DNA of 64,000 nt from Eledone cirrhosa (taxonomy: Eukaryota): NCBI GenBank assembly GCA_964016885.1, contig OZ024752.1, forward strand, positions 31,558,001 through 31,622,000. Reading direction: 5' to 3'. The translations under genes were made by a program, and so were the position numbers. Each line of letters begins with the position of its first letter. Position 1 is the first letter of the stretch. Of the stretch, positions 1 to 13,199 are shown piece by piece. The notes beneath the pieces were generated by a model, which was not told where the DNA came from, did no database searches, and saw only the letters and a program-made list of their open reading frames with translations.

Positions 1-6
1 TCTACG

Positions 7-38
<32 letters not shown>

Positions 39-67
39 AATATATATATATAAATATATATAAATAT

Positions 68-134
<67 letters not shown>

Positions 135-145
135 AATATATATAA

Positions 146-186
<41 letters not shown>

Positions 187-260
187 CAGTCAAACAAACA
201 AAAACAAAGATGTATATATATGTATATACACATACTTTCACACACATACATCTATCTACG

Positions 261-294
<34 letters not shown>

Positions 295-371
295 TACACT
301 CAAACAAAAACAAAGATGTATATATATGTATATACACATACTTTCACACACATACATACATCTATCTACGC

Positions 372-420
<49 letters not shown>

Positions 421-659
421 TACACTCAAACAAAGACAAAGATGTATACATATATACACATACTTTCACATACATAAAACAAATACCCACACACACCTTC
501 ATATACACACATATTTAGTTAGACTCATACACACATACATACTCAACTCACATACTAGCAAATACATACTTACACAAACTCTCGTACAGGTGCATCATAT
601 ACCTGTTACAGGTATACAAAGGTTTCTTAGTTAGTATGCTTACATCTACACACACACAT

Positions 660-709
<50 letters not shown>

Positions 710-766
710 GACTTACTTTCTAAGGAAGAATTACACATGAATTTGCTTTTATGAATGCAAACGCAT

Positions 767-803
<37 letters not shown>

Positions 804-994
804 ATATGTTCCTGTGCTTGAAAGTATGTGTATATACATACATACACATGACATACACACATATATATGCATATACATACATACACACGACATACACACA
901 TATATATGCATATACATACATACACACGCGCATATACATAAATACACACACGCATATACATACACACACATACACACAAACACAAACACACATA

Positions 995-1035
<41 letters not shown>

Positions 1036-1748
1036 TATATCTCTTCACAGATAACTTCTGAGAACGACATATTTCGACCAGTCGCCAACTTTTCCAGAAG
1101 CAAGAAGTACATCGAAGCAACAAAATTTCCAGAAATATATGATAATATATTCAGAGAAAGATAACCAAAAGGGAATATATATATATAAATATATATATAC
1201 ATACATATTTATTTAAATCTCTACCTATATTCATATATATATATTTATATATAAAAAAAAATTATATATATTTTAAAAAACACATACAAGATGATAAGAA
1301 ACCGAGAATTATATTTGATGATCTTGCAGCTTTCAGCAGGTAAATAGATCTCTTTTCTTAAACTTTCGTTGTGCAAAAACATACACACATACACAAAACT
1401 GTGCACGTATACATATATGTGCACGGATATACGCAATAGACAAATGCATATATACACATATGCACACACACACATTCGAACAGTTAGAAAAAACGGAAAA
1501 ACTTTATCTATACACTTGTTTTATATAACATATATATCGACCAGTGTTGGACTTACCTATAAGCTAAATAAGTTATAGTTTAGGGCCACACACCCTAGGG
1601 AGAGGGTCTCATCATTTCTTTTAAATTATTCTTTACATTTTATCATTAGTTTTTATTCTTTAGCACTAAATCATATAGAAGCTCCAACCGTTAAGGTTGT
1701 CTTTTTTCAGGGTATGTCAATATTTATTTATAAAACTAATCTGTATTG

Positions 1749-1814
1749 TATTTTATCTGATGAAAGCGCACCATAATTTGCCTTGGTGGCCCTTGAAATA
1801 TGTATAATAAAATA
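1749..1814 (+). ncRNA. Minimal type-I hammerhead ribozyme motif (PLE family A, element ~1681-1948)
   Basis: tattttat CTGATGA aagcgcacca..tggtggccctt GAAA tatgta TA ataaaata. Confidence 0.75.
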
Positions 1815-1970
1815 AATATGGTTTTATAAATATAGTTTCCATTTGTTAGTATATTGTATATTTACTCCAATAATTTGTTGAGTGCTTTATATCAGTTATA
1901 AAAATATTTTTAAGCTTGTATCCCAACAAATTAAATATAACCTCTGCATATATATATATATATATATATA

Positions 1971-2172
1971 TATAATGAACAGATTAAAGTTTAAGCAAAG
2001 AATCGCTGCTTCACCCTTAATGGGATCTTCTGGAAGGTTAAGGGTGAAAGCAGCGATTCTTTGCTTAAACTTTAATCTGTTATTATAATAAATAATTGCT
2101 CTACGGGTTTATATATATAATCCTTATCGAGCCCTCTTCGGATTTTAGTCTTCACATTTATTATTACTTTAT
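1971..2172 (+). mobile_element. Second fold-back family (PLE-like terminus)
   Basis: Arms ~1971-2020 / 2038-2087 plus an ~85-bp tail, flanked by (TA)n. Confidence 0.7.
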
Positions 2173-2198
2173 ATATATATATATATGTGTGTGTGTAC

Positions 2199-2233
<35 letters not shown>

Positions 2234-2900
2234 CGTATATATATATATATTATTCATTATCATTAACATTAATATAAAAAAAATAATGATCATGCATGAT
2301 TATTTTAAATTTTCTTACCCGAATTTTATTAGAGAAGGGCCTCTAATTTCATATAACTTAGGGCCTCAGCAGGTGAAAGTCCAGCCCCGGTAACTGTTTA
2401 TTCATTGATAATCACATTATTCTTGCTGTTGTTGTGGTTGTCACTGTTAGACTCGGGTCAGCTCTAATTCAACAAACCTATGATCAAAGACATTCCAGCC
2501 TCGCCCAGATATCCTTATTATTATTATTTTTTTAAACATTATAATTAGGATGGTCCACCGTGTTTATCGTTGATGTAGATTTGACTGCTATTTCTAGCAG
2601 GTGGCTCGTCCTTGTGATGCACAGAGCCAGATCTTTACCTGCTGAGGCCCCAAGCTATATGAAATTGGAGGTCCTTCTCTAAAAGAATTTTGGTAAAAAA
2701 TATTTTAATAATTATACATGATTGTAAGAGACTATTTTGGGTTTCTAACTCAATATATACCTTTGATATCATTATATTAATGTTAATGATAAAGAATAAA
2801 TAATATAACAATATAATTTTTGATGATTTAGTGTTAAAGAATGAAAACTAATGATAAAATAGATAGATACTTTTAAAAACGAGGTCCCTGAGGGTGTGTG

Positions 2901-3200
2901 ACCCTAAGTTATAACTTATGGTAGGTCCAAAAGTTATAACTTATGGTAGGACCCTAAGTTATAACTTATGGTAGGACCCGAAGTTATAACTTATGGTAGG
3001 ACCCGAAGTTATAACTTATGGTAGGACCCTAAGTTATAACTTATGGTAGGACCCTAAGTTATAACTTATGGTAGGACCCTAAGTTATAACTTATGGTAGG
3101 ACCCTAAGTTATAACTTATGGTAGGACCCTAAGTTATAACTTATGGTAGGACCCTAAGTTATAACTTATGGTAGGTCCCTAAGTTATAACTTATGGTAGG
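2901..3200. repeat. 25-bp minisatellite, 12 copies
   Basis: Unit accctaagttataacttatggtagg containing the 14-bp palindrome taagttataactta. Confidence 0.95.
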
Positions 3201-3286
3201 TCCAAAAGTGCCTGTGAATGCGTCTTCGTTGACTTGCAATTAACATTATATATATGTGTGTGTGTGTGTGTATGTGGAGGGGGGGG

Positions 3287-3393
3287 GGAAGAGTCAGGAC
3301 CCTGACGACTAATCTCGACAGCTAGATCCGAACCAGCTGAGTACTCTGGTGCGTTATGGCCCACCTGGTATCTTACCACACCCTCTTTGTTAT
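3287..3393 (+). mobile_element. Diverged, deleted copy of the fold-back element
   Basis: Degenerate left arm (gagtcaggaccctgacgac...) joined directly to the tail (tgagtactctggtgcgttatggcccacctgg...). Confidence 0.65.
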
Positions 3394-3522
3394 ATATATA
3401 TCCAGGGAGTGTAACTTGGAGTTACTGTAGGTATATATGAATGGACCTGTTATTTTCATCTAAAGACATTGTTTCCAATTCCATCCCGCCCGTCCCCTCA
3501 ATCTATTTTATTTCTCGTTCTT

Positions 3523-3558
3523 TCTTCTGATGAAGGACTAGCGTCCGAAATGTCAAGA
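3523..3558 (+). ncRNA. Minimal hammerhead motif (PLE family B, element ~3400-3647)
   Basis: tctt CTGATGA a ggac tagc gtcc GAAA tg TC aaga. Confidence 0.8.
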
Positions 3559-3664
3559 CCCTCTTCCTGCTATATCAAGCGTTAACCTAATATATACCTT
3601 CCATATACTGTACCGATTGTGTTGTTATTTCTGTTTACCTTTTACATACACACACCCACACCCA

Positions 3665-4841
<1,177 letters not shown>

Positions 4842-4946
4842 CCTAAAAAATGCATACACACTTTGATTACCTGGACAGGTAATATTAGAATGCTGTTGAA
4901 GTGTGTATACATTTTTTGGGACACCCTGTATATATATGTAACTAGC

Positions 4947-5042
4947 CTGGAAAGGAGATGGGATCTACCAGGTTTTAAATGCCCAGGAAACGCCGTATGT
5001 CTTTACGGAGCCCCTACGACTCCATCAGGAGTTACAGGCCCA
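4947..5042 (+). repeat. Dispersed ~100-bp repeat (other copies ~7885-8030 minus, 8529-8628 plus, 10296-10395 minus)
   Basis: cctggaaagga.atggg....ccaggtttt.aaatgccc...cccta.gactcc.tcaggagttacagg. Confidence 0.7.
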
Positions 5043-5044
5043 TT

Positions 5045-5097
<53 letters not shown>

Positions 5098-5219
5098 GAC
5101 TACAATATCCAAGGCATCTATATTTAGTTTTCTTTTTTTTAAGACGAGAGAATGTTATTTGAGGGATATTTAACTCTTATTTCTTGCAGCTCTATCGACC
5201 ATATACAAACTCCTTCGTT

Positions 5220-5505
5220 TCTATACGTGTATGAATAATTGTTTCTACTTTAGGCACAAGGCCAGCAATTACCCCCCCAGTGCATTACTGGTACTTTATT
5301 TTATCGACCCCGTAAGGATGAAAGGCAAAGTCAACCTCGGCGGGATTTGAACTCACTATACGTGTATGAATAATTGTTTCTACTTTAGGCACAAGGCCAG
5401 CAATTACCCCCAGTGCATTACTGGTACTTTATTTTATCGACCCCGTAAGGATGAAAGGCAAAGTCAACCTCGGCGAGATTTGAACTCACTATACGTGTAT
5501 GAATA
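5220..5505 (-). mobile_element. Tandemly duplicated 5'-truncated SINE (two copies)
   Basis: ctatacgtgtatgaataat occurs at ~5221, ~5356 and ~5489, bracketing two SINE 3' halves. Confidence 0.85.
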
Positions 5506-5817
5506 ATGTGAATGTAACTGTGTCTCAGACTCAGGCCCAGAAGCTCCCGCGTCTTGCGACGCATGAGGCAATCATAGTGTTCCACCGCGTTCGGTCAGCA
5601 GCCAGTTGCACAGCGTCCGCCATTGTCTGTTTGTCGCTCGCAGGTCCCTCTCAACTGTCTGGCGCCAGTTCATATTGTCTGCACGTGTATTAAAGACTAA
5701 CTTAACTCTTCCATTGACATATATATATATATATTGGAATATAAGTTATTTCAATTAATGAAGAGTTTTGGATGGATTTACGAAAAGTACTAATTATTTC
5801 ATTATTAAACTGATATA

Positions 5818-6632
5818 AGGGCGGTGGATTGGCAGTATCGGTAGAGGGTCGGCCGCCATGCTTTGACGCATAGAGTTACGGTCCTTGCCATTCTGAGTTC
5901 AAATCCCGCCGAGGTTAACTTTGCCTTTCATCCTTACGGGGTCGATAAAATAAAGTACCAGTAATGCACTGGGTAATTGCTGGCCTTGTGCCTAAAGTAG
6001 AAACAATTATTTATCGGTGGATTGGCAGTATCGGTAGAGGGTCGGACGCAATGCTTTCCAGCATAGTTACGTCCCTTTACGATCTGAGTTCAAATCCCGC
6101 CGAGGTTGACTTTGCCTTTCATCCTTACGGGGTCGATAAAATAAAGTACCAGTAATACACTGGGTAATTGCTGGCCTTGTGCCTAAAGTAGAAACAATTA
6201 TTTATCGGTGGATTGGCAGTATCGGTACAGGGTCGGACGCAATGCTTTCCAGCATAGTTACGTCCCTTTACGATCTGAGTTCAAATCCCGCCGAGGTTGA
6301 CTTTGCCTTTCATCCTTACGGGGTCGATAAAATAAAGTACCAGTAATACACTGGGTAATTGCTGGCCTTGTCCCTAAAGTAGAAACAATTATTAAACTGA
6401 TATAAGGGCGGTGGATTAGCAGTAGAATCGGTAGAGCGTGGAACAACATGATTTGTGGCATATAGTTACGTCCTTTTATGCTCTGAGTTCAAATCCTGCT
6501 GAGGTTAGCTTTGCCTTTCATCCTTTTGGGGGGTCGATAAAACAAAGTACCAGTAATGCACTGGGGTCGATTTAATCGACTTCTTCTCCCCCAATTTTGT
6601 TGGCCTTGGGCCTAAATTAGAAACCATTATTA
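5818..6632 (+). mobile_element. Four head-to-tail tRNA-derived SINEs (~190-225 bp each)
   Basis: A-box-like tggcagtatcggtag, B-box gagttcaaatc, conserved core tttgcctttcatccttacggggtcgataaaataaagtaccag, tail ggccttgtgcctaaagtagaaacaattat. Units start at ~5818, 6013, 6203 and 6405. Confidence 0.9.
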
Positions 6633-7009
6633 AAATGGTATTTGTAATATAACTTAACAAAAGGTTCTTATATAAAATAGTGTTGGAAAGTTTAAATTTG
6701 AATAGGAATCCTTTAAAGTGGGTGGTTTTGTTTCATACAATTAGGGCCTCCATAGATTTCTGTTTGGGATGTAGCCTTACTCACCATCTTGGCCAATTGC
6801 AGGTTGGTGAGGCTATTTAACCCATTGTAGAGGTGGATGTCCGTTGACTGAGTTCATCAGCCCTTTTAACAGCCCTTGGTTTTTGTGCTGCTGGGATTCC
6901 ACTTGCCCTCCTGGTGAGTGGGCCAGTTTAATCACCGACCACTCGACCATGAAGCAGGTTGTACTGGGTTACATGGTACCAGTAGCAGGCAGAAATCTGT
7001 CCTGGCCAA

Positions 7010-7128
7010 GTTTACTGTCATATCACGTTGAACATACGGGTTCTCGTCCGATCAACGACGTTAAGCAACGTTGAACATAGTTAGTACTTAGATAGGTGAA
7101 CGCTTGGAAAACCTAGACGATGAAAGCA
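7010..7128 (+). pseudogene. 5S rRNA pseudogene
   Basis: catatcacgttgaa...ggttctcgtccgatc..cga.gttaagcaacgt...gttagtactt.gat.ggtga.cgc aligns over ~119 nt with the invertebrate 5S consensus but has many substitutions and no oligo-T terminator. Confidence 0.85.
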
Positions 7129-7472
7129 TCTTCAATTAAATATATGGTTACATAAATATGGATAACTTGTTTGTATCTATAAATGTTTAATTTATAGAAA
7201 AGTTATATTGTGTATACAGGTGGTACGTGACGTGAGTAAATATTTAGGGTAAGCAGAGGGTTTTTATAAAATATTTTATTTTAAAAAAAGGTATTGTCAC
7301 TATGAGACAAGAAGTAAAAATATTTCAACAACAAAAAATATTTACTTACAAATATACAAATATAAACCTCCAAAATAAAAACTTGTAACCATCTCTATTT
7401 TCATATTCATTCAAAGTTAAGAAACATTTATAGAACGGCTATTATCTATAGCATTAATATATACAAACATAA

Positions 7473-7688
7473 AGGCGGTGGATCAGAAGGATTGGTAGAG
7501 CGTCGGACGAAATACTTTTCAGTATTTAATCCCAGCCCTTTACATTCTGAGTTCAAATCCTACTCAGGTAAACTTTGCCTTTAACTTTTTCTAGGTTAAT
7601 AATTTAAAGAGTCAAATACTAGAGTCGATTTAAAAGACTTTTTCCTTCTCCAAAATTGCTGGCCTTGAGCTTAAATTAGAAACCAGTG
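7473..7688 (+). mobile_element. Diverged SINE copy
   Basis: Same head, B-box and tail. Confidence 0.75.
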
Positions 7689-8768
7689 TCAACATACATA
7701 GAGCATCGTGATTATTAATCACCTATAGAGTCATATTTATATATACATGCAGCGAACTAATAGTTTTTCCATGACATTGAAACAAACGTAAAAATAAGAC
7801 ATTCATATACACACATATATACACACACACACATATATATATATATATACACATACACACATACGCATAGCTTGTTTTACTTTGGGCGTCCAACCCCTGA
7901 TCCTGATGGTGTCGTAGGGCTGTCATAAGACTGACATTTGGCTGCCGTAGGGCTAACTTGAGTCTTTTGATATGACCTACAGCATATCGGGGACATCTAA
8001 ACCTGGTAGAACACCCATCCCTCCTCCAGGACTGATTTTTTTTCTAGAGAGCAAAACACGGACTGATTTTTTTTCTAGAGAGCAAAACAAAAATCGACCC
8101 TTGTACTGAACTGATACTTTATACAAGACAAAGTTGGGATCCGTCGAGATTTTAAGTCAGGACGCAGAGATCCAGACGGATTGCAGCAAGACATTCTTTC
8201 CGACGCTCTAACAACTCTGTCAAACACAAATTTCTATATTAAATGTACCAAATGCATATTTTCACCAACTGATAAAATTCAATCATTTATTTACACGTGT
8301 AGTCTCCGGTGTAAAGTGGCAAGTCGTTAGAACCTTGGGTAGAATGTTTTGCAGTGTTTATTGTGGTTCTCTGAATTTAAATCCCACCGAGGTTAACTTA
8401 ACCTTTCATCATTACGAGGTCGATAAAAAAGTATCGATTCTTCCTCTATATCTCTTTCTCACTTCCTCTCTCTCTCTCTCTCACTCTCTCCCTCTATTCT
8501 TCTCTGGAAGACATCTTCTGTGTTCAGACCTGGAAAGGAAATGGGCTCCTCCAGGTTTTGAAATGCCCTAAAAAAATGCTGTATGTCAATATGGCACCCC
8601 TATGACTCCCTCAGGAGTTACAGGTCTATACTATACCAATGTACCTCTCAGAGGTTTGTGCCCTCGACAGCTGCCTAGTTGAACTTCATGGTCGCTCCAG
8701 TCCTATATTTACCGAAATATTTATTGAATTTCATGCATTAAACTAATATTGTTACAATGAATTGGAAA

Positions 8769-8824
<56 letters not shown>

Positions 8825-9534
8825 TTAATCATCAATATTTGTAAATTTAATCTGCGTAGGCAATTCCTAGGTTGCCTATTCAGACTCACAATATTCATAG
8901 ACACGTGCAAATTATCAATATTTATATAACCATACTCACACAATTAATACCCTCAAACGTTCATCCTTCATACATATATTTAAGGACATATGAAGATATT
9001 TTAATGCACGTATATGCACACACGTAGAAACGCGGGAATCTCTACGTAGTCGATTTGGATTCCAACAAGACCAGCTAAATTTCCCTCCAAGAGCAGTATT
9101 TTCATCTTAAAAAAAAAGAAAATATACATTTGGTATTTTTTTTTAACACTTATATCTTTTAATAGTCTTAACGTTTCGGAGAATAGTCCTGCATCGGGAA
9201 ATAGAATGAGAATTTACAGAAGAAATAGATAGATATAGGAGAATTAGCAGGGGCAGAAAAGAAAACAATGTCTTCGAGAAATGCCGGTCTTTTCATTTCA
9301 TTATCTCTTGGTAGAGCATCATTTCATTATCGGTAGAGCACCGGACACCATGCTCCGCAGGATATAGTCCAATATAGACGATGCCAGAAAGAAATACGAA
9401 ATATTCATGATTCGAATATCTTTCATCGTATAGATATGATGAAACAACTGACCTGGGGCTTTACAACAACACGTAGAAATTAACTTTATTCATATACAAT
9501 GTAAGCTGATGTAATTGTACGTATGTATTATAGG

Positions 9535-9730
9535 TTGTGTAGAATAGTTAGAGCGTCAGACAAAACGCTATGTGAAGTTTTTCCCGGCTCTCTACATTCT
9601 GAGTTCAAAACGAGCCGAGGTTAATTCTTGTTTTTCATCATTCAAGTATCGATAACATAAAGTACCAATCGATTTAATAGACTTTCAATCTCTCCAAATA
9701 GCTGGCCTAGTGCCTAAATTAGAAACCATT
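9535..9730 (+). mobile_element. Diverged SINE copy
   Basis: Same head, B-box and tail. Confidence 0.75.
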
Positions 9731-9773
9731 AGTGTGTGTGCGCCTCTGTGTGTGTGTCTGTGCGTGCCTCTGT

Positions 9774-9807
<34 letters not shown>

Positions 9808-11040
9808 CTTTGTGTGTGTGTGTGTCTGTGTGTGTGTGTATGTGCCTCTGTGTGTGTGTCTTCCTCTTTGTGTGTGAGTGCCTCTGTGTGTGTGTTTCTA
9901 TGTGTGTGCCTCTGTGTGTGTGTGTGTTTCTATGTGTGTGCCTCTGTGTGTGTGTGTGTGTCTATGTGTGTGCGCCTCTGTGTGTGTGAGTCTATGTGTG
10001 TGCTTCTGTGTGCCTCTGTGTGTGTGTGTGCCTCTGTGTGTGTGTGTGTGTGCCTCTGTGTGGGTGTGTGTACGAGCGTGTGTGTGAATTACAGTTTTAG
10101 TTATGAAAATGCTCTTTTTGTCTAATGTATTGCAACCTCTTAATGACATTAGTCAACAATTCAATTAATTCCTCTCACTTTCATGTATATTTTCCTACGT
10201 CACACCCAATTGACTCCAAAATCAATATGCATTACATGCATTACATGCATTACCTGCATTACCTGCATTACATGCATTACCTGCATTACATGCATAGACC
10301 CCTAACCCCTGAGGCAGTCGTAGGTGTGTCATATTTGATATATGGCGTTTCTAGGGCATTTTAAAACCTACCATAGCCCATCCTTCTCCAGGTCTGAATG
10401 CAGCAGAATTCTTCCTGAGAAGGATAGAGAGAGTGAGAGAATGGAAGTAAGAAAGACAGATAGAGGAAGAATCGACCCCAGTACTAGACTGGTACTTTTT
10501 TATCAACTTTAATTGGATGAAAACAATGTTGACCTCAGTGGGTTTTGACCTCAGAGAGGCGGAAAGACTACGCTCAAAGCTTTCTATCTGACGTACCAGT
10601 TCGCCTTACATACTCAATTTATTATGCTATGAGTGGTTTATGTATCACATATCAAAGGCACGTGTACCGTTTAACGTAAATATTTGGGCAGAATCAATGT
10701 GATGCAGCCTATGACCCTTTTAATTTACAACTAGACCCTTTTATATAACAACTGCAGTTTATCTGACAGACTTCGTTCTACGTACCTAATGACACTTGTT
10801 TACTCAAGGTTCCGCACCGTGGAACCAAACCCAATATCACATAATTACGAAATAAACATCTTAACTATTTAAGCATGACTTCGTTAGTCATTCACACACA
10901 AACACACTAAAAGCATAAACACAATACAAATACATGATAAAGAGTTACATATTAATGCTTTCACAACTCATTGATTTTACTGCTTCAATGCATTTCCCAA
11001 CGCTCATAATGCATATTGCCCGTTTACTAACATCACTCTG

Positions 11041-11071
<31 letters not shown>

Positions 11072-11265
11072 AAATAATAGTTATATTAGCAGTCTATGTC
11101 AACATAGAATTTGTGCAGAGTATATATTTGTACTGGGTGTATATTTGTATTGGATAGAGTGTATAGTTAGTTTTATTCGATGATGGGTGTGGAAGAACGG
11201 CACATTCCGGTGTTAATCCAACTTTCCGATTTCCTAGATGGATACTTAGCACCATCTCTGTGTAG

Positions 11266-11326
<61 letters not shown>

Positions 11327-11432
11327 AGTTCCTCAGTGAAACAACAACCCAACCAGGAACTGGGCATATCAGAGTATTGAAAAGTTAAACACCTCAACAA
11401 CATGTGTACTCGTCTATACCACACTAATTCGG

Positions 11433-11487
11433 ACTGCCTGAAGAGGTCACAGCCAAAGATGGCTGTCACCGAAATATATATAGCAGT
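11433..11487 (+). ncRNA. Minimal hammerhead motif (element ~11323-11638)
   Basis: actgc CTGAAGA ggtcacagcca aaga tggctgtcacc GAAA tatata TA gcagt. Confidence 0.85.
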
Positions 11488-11794
11488 AATAAACGAAGTC
11501 AAATTTTAAACATTTGACTTATTTATTTTATTTTATTTTACATTACTCCGGAGTAACCAAACTAACCTGCGCACTTCGCCGAGTGCTCCAATCTGCACAC
11601 TGAGGTGTTAGTATACAACCAACATATACTCAAAATTTATATATATATATATATATATATATAATGTAGGAGGTGAGTTTTATTGTAGTACAATAAAGCA
11701 ATGCAGATATCGGATAAGTAGCACTCTACAGTTTGTAGGACTGGAGTATAAATAATAATATATAAGATCAAAAGATGGTTAAAAGCGTTCCATG

Positions 11795-11865
11795 TATTTT
11801 ATTATGCGCATTTCAAAAACAAATATCATCATGCAATAACATTTGCGTTTTCGTCAGATAAAATA
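11795..11865 (-). ncRNA. Minimal hammerhead motif (PLE family C, element ~11662-11923)
   Basis: Reverse complement: tattttat CTGACGA aaacgcaaatgt..atatttgttttt GAAA tgcgca TA ataaaata (palindromic stem III). Confidence 0.85.
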
Positions 11866-11918
11866 GGGAGAGATGATATGAAGGTTAAAACACACTTGTG
11901 AATAGTGCAGTTTTAAAT

Positions 11919-12032
<114 letters not shown>

Positions 12033-12048
12033 GTGTGCGTGTGCGTGT

Positions 12049-12081
<33 letters not shown>

Positions 12082-12674
12082 CGCACTTGCAAGTTTGTGT
12101 ATATATACATGATATATATATATATATATATATATATGGATAGAGGGAGGCGAGGTCGTGCGGTCACTGATAACGAGTGTTAGAAGGTAAGGCGACACAA
12201 ACAAGAGGTGGACAGTTTCCCTTCGTCAGCTGTTTACTACGGATCATGGATGTTTCGACGCATTATAAACATCTATCCATAGCGCGCCCATAGCCTTTTA
12301 TCTATCAAAAAGCCACGAGGGATAGCGAAGAGAGAGAAAGAAAGAAAAAAAATGGGAGAAGAAAAAAAAGGGAAAAACGAAGTAAACATACCGATAGAAG
12401 GGGGAAGACAGGGCAATGGCACATGTAAGTGAGTAACTGAAGAGAAAATAACTGAAGTTAAAATAGCCGTTGGGTTTAAGCCCGGGGGGGGAGGGGGCAA
12501 TGTGTATGTGTGTGTGTGTAAAGGATGGTGTGCTCATGCGCAGAGATACTATAAAATAGCTTATAAATTAGATGAAGACCCTTAAAGGCAAGTTGTCATC
12601 AGCCACTATAAAGAATCGAACTTCATATCTCTCAGATACTGGCTAGGCGGTTTATAACGTTTTCTCATACATAT

Positions 12675-12757
<83 letters not shown>

Positions 12758-13199
12758 CACTCTCACTCTCCCTCTCTCGACTGGTATCTGCTATACTGCG
12801 GCTACAACTTCGATTTAAATCTATTATATATATATATATATATATAATATAACTTCGATTTAAATCTATTATATATAAATATATTATATATCTATTATAT
12901 ATAAATATATTATATCTATTATAAATATATTATATTTATTACATATAAATATATTATTATATTTATTATATATAAATATATTATATATAAATCTATTATA
13001 TATAAATCTATTATATATAAATCTATTATATATAAATCTATTATATATAAATATATAAATTTTGAAGTATATATATATATATTACTAAATTTTGAAGAAA
13101 TATATATATATTACTTCACTTCAAAATTTATCTGAATTGAATCCCAATCAAAAGACATAATTGTATGTAAACCTTCACATTGAAATGTGATTGCCTTTT

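Noticed and set aside
2901-3200. CRISPR-like palindromic repeat array
   Set aside because: Units are directly adjacent with no spacers, no cas genes are present, and the context is eukaryotic.
5818-5910. tRNA gene
   Set aside because: A/B boxes belong to SINE heads, and no intact cloverleaf is evident.
12208-12240. Minus-strand CTGACGA-agg-GAAA hammerhead-like string
   Set aside because: No stem II and no matching stem I. Possibly a damaged PLE remnant but unsupported.
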